From Desulfobacterales bacterium (GTDB taxonomy: Bacteria > Desulfobacterota > Desulfobacteria > Desulfobacterales > UBA2174), in NCBI GenBank assembly GCA_963668645.2, contig CAXXWC010000002.1, forward strand, positions 1-64,000: DNA of 64,000 nt, given 5' to 3'. Below the pieces are notes generated by a model that was given only the letters and a program-made list of their open reading frames with translations, had not been told where the DNA came from and searched no databases. Every line of letters begins with the position of its first letter. Position 1 is the first letter of the stretch. The position numbers and the translations under genes are program-made. Below are positions 56,875 through 64,000 of the stretch, one piece after another.

Positions 56875-59067
56875 TCAGTCGTTTGCCGCTTCTTGTTTGT
56901 ACCTTTCGTATTCCACCATCCGGGCCAAGGCCCGCACGGCCCGCTCCGGGGTTGGATAGAAGACGGCTCGCAGGCTCTGGTCCTGCACCGGATAGACGGT
57001 GCGGGCCGCAGCGTCGGTGAACAGGCCGACGCCCAGAATCGGCTTGGCATAGCGGGTCATCAGCTCGACACAGTGGGCGATGAAGCGCGTTTCGAAGTCG
57101 TCGATGATGGCGATGGCAGATTGGATCTGACTGTCGTCGTCCTGGGGATCGGATCGTTTGAGGGCCCCGGCCATGCGGCGCAAAAAAATCCGCCGGCCGA
57201 GAATTCCCAGATTGATCACCGCATCGCAGCCCTCCCAGGCCATGAGGCTTTCCAGGACCGTCATCGGCAGGCTCGGATCGGTTTCCCCCACCAGGTCGAT
57301 GGGATTGGCGCGGCTCCAGTAAGCGGGCAAAAGGGCATCGAAACGCTCGACGAGCTGCGGGTCGAGGGAAGGCAGGTCCAGCCCGTTCTGGGCGCACAGG
57401 TCGGCGCCGATCACGCCCCAGCCGCCGCCCAGGGTCATGATGGCCACCCGGTTGCCCCGGGGCAGGGGCAGCGAGTCGAAGGCGGCGGCCAGATCGAGAA
57501 GGTCCATCGGCTGGTCCACCTTGACGATCCCGGCCTGGCGGCAGACGGCGTCAAAGACCCGCCGGTCCCCGGCCATGGCCCCGGTATGGCTGGCTGCGGC
57601 CCGGCGGCCGGCCTCGCTCTGGCCGCCTTTGAGCAGCACCACCGGTTTGCGCCGGCCGACGCGGCGGGCGTTCTCGAAAAAACGGCGCCCGTCCTTGACG
57701 CTTTCCACGTAGAGCAAAACGGTGCGGGTCAGCCGGTCCACTGCAAACCCCTCGAGGTAGTCCTCGATGGTGATCATGGCCTCGTTGCCCGACCCGCAAA
57801 AGGCCCGGATCCCGATCCCCTGGTCCTCGGCAAAGGCGAGCAGCTGGACCCCCATGTTGCCCGACTGGGCCACCATGGCGGTGGCCCCCGGTTCGGGCTG
57901 GACCGCCGTACCGGTGCAGTAAAGACGGATGTGCGGATTGCAGATTCCCATGGTGTTGGGGCCCAGAAGCAAGACGCCGGCCTCGCGGGCCTCGCGCACC
58001 AGATCGGCCTCCAGGGCCTTTCCGGCGTCGCCGGTTTCGCCGAATCCGGAGCTGATCAGGACCGCGTAACGGATCCGGCGTGCCGCCAGTTGCGGGATCA
58101 GGGCCGGCACGGCCGCGGCCGGCACCGTGATAATCGCCAGATCGATCCCCTCGGGCAGGTCGGCCACCTGCCGGATTACCGGGCGGCCGAAAATGGTCCC
58201 CCCCTTGGGATTGACGAGATAAATTTCTCCGGTGTACCCGCCGCCCAGAGTGTGGGTGACGAGCATGTGCCCCCATTTGCCCAGCTTGGCGGAAGCGCCC
58301 ACAAAGGCGATGCGCCGCGGCTGAAACAAGGCGCCAAGGTCATCCGGGGCCACCGGCCGGTGCGATTGGACGGATACGGATGGGGTTGCCAGCGTCACCA
58401 CGGCATCCACGGCTACAGGGATGCCGTCCGGTGTGATCAGGAGTGGGTTGAGATCGATCTCGGCCACCTGCGGGTACTGTACGGCGATGGCGGAAAGGGC
58501 CATGAGCACATCGACGAGACGGTCTGTCGCCACGGCGGCCTCGCCGCGAAAGGCGCCGAGCAGACGCCGGGCGCGGATTTCCGCCAGCATGGCCCTGGCA
58601 TCGACGCGGGTCAACGGTGCCAGTCGCAGGGCAACGTCGGCCAGGGCCTCGGTGAACACGCCGCCCAGGCCGAAAAGGACCACCGGTCCGAACTGGGCGT
58701 CGCGGGAGATGCCGGCCACGAACTCCCGCTTTCCCGTCAGGTGGGGTTGGACGAGAAATCCTTCCGGCGCCCGGTCCGGTTGCGCCGCCATCTGGGCCGC
58801 GGCCGCCTCCACCGCTGCGGCGCTTGCCAGCCCCAGGCGGACCATTCCCTGTTCGGTTTTGTGAAGCAGATCTGCGCCATACCCCTTGAGGACCACGGGA
58901 AATCCCGTTTTTGAGGCGGCCGCACCCGCCTCGGCCGGGGATGCGGCACGGATTTCGGAAACCAGCGGGATGCCGTGGGCGGCCAACAACTGTTTGGCGT
59001 CGGCATCTGCAAGGGCTGTGCGGCCTTGGGACAGCGTCGTGGCGATAAGCCGCCGGAGGTCGATCAT
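56875..59067 (-). CDS. ADP-forming acetate/acyl-CoA ligase (beta-alpha fusion)
   Basis: N-terminal ATP-grasp GFPVVLK..HKTE, FGPVVLFGLGG, DLNP; CoA-binding domain, GPNTMG, SHTG catalytic His, NPIDL. Confidence 0.9.
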   Translation of the reverse strand: MIDLRRLIATTLSQGRTALADADAKQLLAAHGIPLVSEIRAASPAEAGAAASKTGFPVVLKGYGADLLHKTEQGMVRLGLASAAAVEAAAAQMAAQPDRAPEGFLVQPHLTGKREFVAGISRDAQFGPVVLFGLGGVFTEALADVALRLAPLTRVDARAMLAEIRARRLLGAFRGEAAVATDRLVDVLMALSAIAVQYPQVAEIDLNPLLITPDGIPVAVDAVVTLATPSVSVQSHRPVAPDDLGALFQPRRIAFVGASAKLGKWGHMLVTHTLGGGYTGEIYLVNPKGGTIFGRPVIRQVADLPEGIDLAIITVPAAAVPALIPQLAARRIRYAVLISSGFGETGDAGKALEADLVREAREAGVLLLGPNTMGICNPHIRLYCTGTAVQPEPGATAMVAQSGNMGVQLLAFAEDQGIGIRAFCGSGNEAMITIEDYLEGFAVDRLTRTVLLYVESVKDGRRFFENARRVGRRKPVVLLKGGQSEAGRRAAASHTGAMAGDRRVFDAVCRQAGIVKVDQPMDLLDLAAAFDSLPLPRGNRVAIMTLGGGWGVIGADLCAQNGLDLPSLDPQLVERFDALLPAYWSRANPIDLVGETDPSLPMTVLESLMAWEGCDAVINLGILGRRIFLRRMAGALKRSDPQDDDSQIQSAIAIIDDFETRFIAHCVELMTRYAKPILGVGLFTDAAARTVYPVQDQSLRAVFYPTPERAVRALARMVEYERYKQEAAND

Positions 59068-59234
59068 TTTTTCAGGCGTCCTTGTTGTAGGTGGATGCAG
59101 CCGTTAGGCATGGATGTAGTCGTTGAACGATATTTTTTAAACGGAACCTCTAATTTTCCCGTGCGTTTGTCAACCGCTTTGTGCGCCAAACAGCGCGTTG
59201 GCAAGCGACGGACGATGTGGTAATGGCAACGGGC

Positions 59235-59783
59235 ATGATGCGCATCGGCATGGGATACGACGTTCACCGGCTGGTCGCCGGCCGGCCCCTGATTATCGGC
59301 GGGGTGCAAATCCCTTACGAACGCGGCCTGCTGGGCCACTCGGACGCCGACGTGCTGGTCCATGCGGTATGCGACGCCCTGCTCGGTGCGGCCGGGCTGG
59401 GGGATATCGGCACGCATTTTCCCGATACCGATCCTTCCCTGGCGGGCATCGACAGCCTGGTCCTGCTGGAACGCTGCGCGCAGATGGTCACTTGCCAGGG
59501 TTTTGACGTGGCCAATCTCGACGCCACCATTTTCGCCCAGGCCCCGCGCATGGCGCCCCATCGAGAAGCGATGGCGGCCAACATCGCCCGTGCGGCCGGC
59601 ATCGATCCGGCCCGGGTCAACATCAAGGCCACCACCACCGAGGGGCTTGGCCCCTTTGGCCGGGGCGAGGGGATCGGGGCCGCCTGCGCGGCGCTGCTGG
59701 TGGCGGTGAAAAAAACAGCAGCCGGGAATAATCGGACCGATCCGTCAGATCCGTCAGATCCGTCGGATCCGTCCGATTTTTAA
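59235..59783 (+). CDS. ispF: 2-C-methyl-D-erythritol 2,4-cyclodiphosphate synthase
   Basis: [40 protein letters not shown]. Confidence 0.95.
   Translation: MMRIGMGYDVHRLVAGRPLIIGGVQIPYERGLLGHSDADVLVHAVCDALLGAAGLGDIGTHFPDTDPSLAGIDSLVLLERCAQMVTCQGFDVANLDATIFAQAPRMAPHREAMAANIARAAGIDPARVNIKATTTEGLGPFGRGEGIGAACAALLVAVKKTAAGNNRTDPSDPSDPSDPSDF
59739..59777 (+). repeat. 9-bp tandem repeat (GATCCGTCN x4) at the ispF 3' end
   Basis: GATCCGTCA GATCCGTCA GATCCGTCG GATCCGTCC GAT, encoding DPS repeats. Confidence 0.85.
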
Positions 59784-59803
59784 AACAACAAAAGGAGCCT
59801 TTC

Positions 59804-61207
59804 ATGACCATCCGCGTCTACAACACCCTCGGCGGCGAAAAGCAGGTTTTCGAACCCACCGAAGCGGGCAAGGTGCGCATGTACGTTTGCGGCCCCACCG
59901 TCTACGACTACTGCCACATCGGCCATGCCCGCTCGGTGGTGGTTTTCGACGTCATCGCCCGCTATTTGCGCCAGAGCGGTTTCGACGTCACCTACGTGCG
60001 CAATTTCACCGATGTGGACGACAAGATCATCCGCCGGGCCAACGAAACCGGCCAGGATCCGGGGGCGGTGGCGGCCCGCTTTATCCAAGCCTTCTACGAC
60101 GACATGGACGCTTTGCTGGTGCAACGCGCCGACCACGAACCGAGGGTGACCGAGTATATCCAGCCCATCATCGAGCTGGTCCGGCGGCTGGAACAGCGCG
60201 GCCATGCCTATGCGGTGGATGGCGATGTCTACTTTGACGTCACCACCTTCGACGGCTACGGCAAACTCTCGGGCCGGCGCCTGGATGACATGGAGGCCGG
60301 GGCGCGCATCGAAGTCGATGCGCGCAAGCGTCATCCCCACGATTTCGCCCTGTGGAAGGCGGCCAAGCCGGGCGAGCCGGCCTGGGACAGCCCCTGGGGA
60401 CAGGGACGGCCCGGCTGGCACATCGAGTGCTCGGCCATGAGCAGCTCGCTTCTCGGGGATACCTTCGACATCCACGGCGGCGGCAAGGATCTGATCTTTC
60501 CCCACCACGAAAACGAAATCGCCCAGAGCGAGGCCGGTTCGGGGCATCCCTACGTCAGGTACTGGCTGCACAACGGGTTCGTGAACATCAATCACGAAAA
60601 GATGTCCAAGTCCCTGAACAATTTCCTGATGATCCGCGACGTGCTGGAGCATCACCACCCCGAGGCGGTGCGGATGTTTCTGCTTTCCAGCCACTACCGC
60701 AGCCCCATCGATTTTACCCCCGATGCCATGGCCGAGGCATCGGCCAAACTGACCCGGATCTACACCCTGCTGCGGCGACTGGCCGGTAGGACGCCCGCCC
60801 CGGCCGGCCAGGTCGAGGCCTGCTCCTTCTGGGGCCGATTCAGCGCTGAAATGGACGACGACTTCAACACCGCCGCCGGCATCGGCACCCTCTTCGAGGC
60901 CGTACGGACCACCAACCAGCTGCTGGATGGCGCCGATGCCCCGGACGCCGAAATTGCCGTCCATCATGGCGCCATCCTGCGCATGGGGGCGGTGCTGGGG
61001 ATTGTCACCCTCGACCCGGAGGCCTATTTCAAAACCCAGGCGCGCGGTGTGGATGCCGCTGCCATCGAAGAGCTCATCGCGCAGCGGACCGCAGCCCGCA
61101 AGGGGCGCGACTGGGCCGAGGCCGACCGGCTGCGGGATGAACTGACCGCCTTGGGGGTGGTCATCGAGGATCGTCCCGAAGGCACCGTCTGGCGCGTGGC
61201 GGATTGA
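59804..61207 (+). CDS. cysS: Cysteine--tRNA ligase
   Basis: [34 protein letters not shown]. Confidence 0.97.
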   Translation: MTIRVYNTLGGEKQVFEPTEAGKVRMYVCGPTVYDYCHIGHARSVVVFDVIARYLRQSGFDVTYVRNFTDVDDKIIRRANETGQDPGAVAARFIQAFYDDMDALLVQRADHEPRVTEYIQPIIELVRRLEQRGHAYAVDGDVYFDVTTFDGYGKLSGRRLDDMEAGARIEVDARKRHPHDFALWKAAKPGEPAWDSPWGQGRPGWHIECSAMSSSLLGDTFDIHGGGKDLIFPHHENEIAQSEAGSGHPYVRYWLHNGFVNINHEKMSKSLNNFLMIRDVLEHHHPEAVRMFLLSSHYRSPIDFTPDAMAEASAKLTRIYTLLRRLAGRTPAPAGQVEACSFWGRFSAEMDDDFNTAAGIGTLFEAVRTTNQLLDGADAPDAEIAVHHGAILRMGAVLGIVTLDPEAYFKTQARGVDAAAIEELIAQRTAARKGRDWAEADRLRDELTALGVVIEDRPEGTVWRVAD

Positions 61208-63219
61208 TGGGACTATTTGACCTCGTTTCGGATTTTACCCCCAAAGGTGACCAGCCGGCGGCCATCGAAACCCTGAGCGGCTGGATTGCAGAAGGCCGCC
61301 AGCACCAGGTGCTGCTGGGCGTCACCGGTTCTGGCAAGACCTTTACCATGGCCCAGGTGATCGCCCGGGTGGAAAAACCGACCCTTGTGATCGCACCCAA
61401 CAAGACCCTGGCGGCCCAGCTCTACAACGAGTTCAGGGGTCTCTTTCCCCACAATGCGGTGGAGTATTTCGTCAGCTATTACGATTACTACCAGCCTGAG
61501 GCGTACATCCCGGCCAGCGACACCTATATTCAAAAAGATTCGTCCATCAACGAGATGATCGACAAGCTGCGCCATTCGGCCACCCGTTCGGTCCTCAGCC
61601 GCCGGGACGTCATCGTGGTGGCCAGTGTGTCGTGCATTTTCGGGCTGGGGGCCCCGGAAGATTATCTGGCCATGCGCATGGAGATCGGTGTGGGCGACGA
61701 GCTTTCGCGCGAAAAGCTCATCGCAGCCCTGGTCAAGATGCACTACGAACGCAACGACGTCGATTTCCACCGGGGGGTATTCCGGGTCCGCGGCGACCGG
61801 GTGGAGGTCTTTCCGGCCTACGAGGAAGAGACGGCCCTGCGCATCGATTTTTTCGGGGACCAGGTGGAGGCCGTGGCCGAGATCGACCCCCTGCGCGGGA
61901 TCCAGATGCGGCGTCTGCCCCGCACCACCGTCTACCCGGCCAGCCATTACGTCACCCAGCAGCGCACCCTCAAACGGGCCTTTGACTCGATCCTCGAAGA
62001 GCTCAAGGTGCGCATCGCATTTTTCCGGGAACAGAACCGGCTTCTCGAAGCCCAGCGTGTGGAGGAACGGACCCACTACGACCTGGAAATGCTCCAGGAA
62101 CTGGGCTACTGCAACGGGATCGAAAACTACAGCCGCCACCTCACGGGCCGGTCGGTGGGTGAACCGCCGCCGACCCTGCTCGACTATTTCCCGCCCGATT
62201 TTCTGGTCTGCATCGACGAAAGCCACATCGGTGTGCCCCAACTGCGGGCCATGTACAAAGGGGACCGCTCGCGCAAACAGACCCTGGTCGAGTACGGTTT
62301 TCGCCTTCCCTCGGCCCTGGACAACCGCCCGCTGCGTTTCGAGGAGTTCACCGCCCGGGTCTGCCAGGTGGTCTACGTGTCGGCCACTCCGGCGGAATAC
62401 GAACGGGGGCTGGCCCGCGACGCCGTTGCCGAACAGATCGTGCGGCCCACCGGCCTGATCGATCCGCAGGTCGAAGTGCGTCCGGCGCGCCACCAGGTGG
62501 ACGATCTGCTGGCCGAGATCCGCCATTGCACGGCCCGCGATGAGCGGGTGCTGGTGACCACCCTGACCAAACGCATGGCCGAGGATCTGACCGAATACTA
62601 CGCCGACCTGGGATTGCGGGTGCGCTACCTGCATGCGGACATCGACACCCTGGAGCGGATGCAGATCATCCAGGATCTAAGGTCCGGGGCCTTCGACGTG
62701 CTCATCGGGATCAACCTGCTGCGCGAGGGCCTCGATCTGCCCGAGGTGGCCCTTGTGGCCATCATGGATGCGGACAAAGAGGGGTTCCTGCGTTCGGCCC
62801 GGTCCCTGATCCAAACCTTCGGCCGGGCGGCGCGCAATGCCGGGGGGCGGGTGTTGATGTACGCCGAGACGGTCACCGCAGCCATGGGCCAGGCCCTGGA
62901 GGAAACCGATCGCCGCCGGGCCATCCAGGTGGAGTACAACCAGCGCCACGGCATCACGCCGCGTACAGTGCAAAAAGCGCTGACCCCGGTCTTCGGCGAT
63001 GCTTCACTGCCCCAGTCCAGGGTGGCTGAAACGGTGGCGCCCCTGCCCACCTCCTTTTCCACCGACCAGATCGAGGCCCAGATCCAGAGTCTGCGCCGCG
63101 AAATGGCCGCGGCGGCCAAGGATCTGCGCTTCGAAGAGGCCGCATCCCTGCGCGACCGCATCCGTCAACTGGAAAAAGCCCTGGTTTTCGAAGCCCGGAT
63201 CCACCCGGGGGCGGTCTGA
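61207..63219 (+). CDS. uvrB: Excinuclease ABC subunit B
   Basis: [36 protein letters not shown]-terminal UVR domain. Confidence 0.97.
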   Translation: MGLFDLVSDFTPKGDQPAAIETLSGWIAEGRQHQVLLGVTGSGKTFTMAQVIARVEKPTLVIAPNKTLAAQLYNEFRGLFPHNAVEYFVSYYDYYQPEAYIPASDTYIQKDSSINEMIDKLRHSATRSVLSRRDVIVVASVSCIFGLGAPEDYLAMRMEIGVGDELSREKLIAALVKMHYERNDVDFHRGVFRVRGDRVEVFPAYEEETALRIDFFGDQVEAVAEIDPLRGIQMRRLPRTTVYPASHYVTQQRTLKRAFDSILEELKVRIAFFREQNRLLEAQRVEERTHYDLEMLQELGYCNGIENYSRHLTGRSVGEPPPTLLDYFPPDFLVCIDESHIGVPQLRAMYKGDRSRKQTLVEYGFRLPSALDNRPLRFEEFTARVCQVVYVSATPAEYERGLARDAVAEQIVRPTGLIDPQVEVRPARHQVDDLLAEIRHCTARDERVLVTTLTKRMAEDLTEYYADLGLRVRYLHADIDTLERMQIIQDLRSGAFDVLIGINLLREGLDLPEVALVAIMDADKEGFLRSARSLIQTFGRAARNAGGRVLMYAETVTAAMGQALEETDRRRAIQVEYNQRHGITPRTVQKALTPVFGDASLPQSRVAETVAPLPTSFSTDQIEAQIQSLRREMAAAAKDLRFEEAASLRDRIRQLEKALVFEARIHPGAV

Positions 63220-63223
63220 TCCC

Positions 63224-64000
63224 ATGCCTGAGGCCACGGAAGAATACCCGGTTCCCGAGGCGATCAAAGCCCGGCTGGATCAGGTCGACCATCGACCCGG
63301 CGTCTACATCATGCGCGACGCCCGCAGCCGGGTCATCTACGTGGGCAAGGCTCAGAATCTGAAGAACCGCCTGGCCAGCTACTTCAGGGCCGCAGGACCT
63401 TTCGACGCCAAAACCACAGTGTTGCGCCGCCACATCGCCACCCTGGAAACCGTGGTGACGGCCTCGGCAAAAGAGGCCCTGATTCTCGAATCGAACCTGA
63501 TCAAACGCCACCGGCCGCGCTACAACGTGGTGCTCAAGGACGACAAGCGTTACCCGTCACTGCGCCTCGATCCGCGCCATGCCTACCCCAGATTGACCAT
63601 CGTCCGGCGCACCGCACCGGACGGGGCCTTCTATTTCGGCCCCTATGCCTCGGCTTCCGCCGTACGCGCCACCCTCAAGCTCATCGACCGGCTCTTCAAG
63701 CTGCGCAAATGCCGCGACCGCGAATTTGCCCAGCGCTCGCGCCCCTGCCTGCACTATCAGATGGGGGCCTGCTACGGTCCCTGCTGCCTGGAGGTGGACA
63801 GCGATACTTATGCCGCCGCGGTGCGCGAGGTCGTTTTGTTTCTGCGCGGTCGCACCCCGCAGCTGCTGCGCGGAATGCGACGGCGCATGCAGGACGCGGC
63901 CGCCCGGGAAGATTTCGAAACGGCCGCCATGCTGCGGGACCGCATTTTCGCTCTGGAAAAAACCCTGGAAAAACAAGTGGCCGTAACCTGCGACTTCATG
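63224..64000 (+). CDS. uvrC: Excinuclease ABC subunit C (runs off the 3' end; absent from the ORF track)
   Basis: Manual translation: PGVYIMRD...VIYVGKAQNLKNRLASYF, LESNLIKRHRPRYNVVLKDDKRYP, FGPY, RPCLHYQMGACYGPC. Confidence 0.95.
   Translation, partial: MPEATEEYPVPEAIKARLDQVDHRPGVYIMRDARSRVIYVGKAQNLKNRLASYFRAAGPFDAKTTVLRRHIATLETVVTASAKEALILESNLIKRHRPRYNVVLKDDKRYPSLRLDPRHAYPRLTIVRRTAPDGAFYFGPYASASAVRATLKLIDRLFKLRKCRDREFAQRSRPCLHYQMGACYGPCCLEVDSDTYAAAVREVVLFLRGRTPQLLRGMRRRMQDAAAREDFETAAMLRDRIFALEKTLEKQVAVTCDFM

Overview
GC-rich bacterial chromosomal segment. Its gene content (AsmA, acetate-CoA ligase, DUF2760/Hsp70, CbiR-like, YitT, SulP/USP) resembles a deltaproteobacterial (Desulfobacterota-like) genome; this is inference. 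Most of the window is housekeeping: threonine ammonia-lyase, an ABC system, RlmL-like methyltransferase, YgiQ, elbB, PBP1A, csp, gap, purB, fabH, pgi, ispF, cysS, uvrB and partial uvrC. The stand-out is an accessory island at about 24.4-35.8 kb. It holds three tandem, large, apparently cytoplasmic NTPase proteins: a KAP P-loop NTPase, a DUF4062+NACHT protein and a metallophosphoesterase+NACHT protein. Each ends in an FGE-sulfatase/C-type-lectin domain whose last 120 nt form a shared cassette. The three cassettes differ mainly at positions 1-2 of NNC codons, the signature of adenine-specific mutagenic retrohoming by a diversity-generating retroelement (DGR). An apparently C-terminally truncated avd gene lies between targets 2 and 3. 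I found no template repeat or reverse transcriptase in the window, so the array is either diversified in trans or is a frozen relic. The architecture reads as NLR-like effector-STAND-hypervariable-sensor proteins. Also present: two copies of a MITE-like element with 6-bp flanking direct repeats, 28-bp REP-like repeats on both sides of the island, an EEP protein lacking catalytic aspartates, and an ornithine cyclodeaminase-like gene fragment. All family calls come from motif recognition by eye; no database searches were run.
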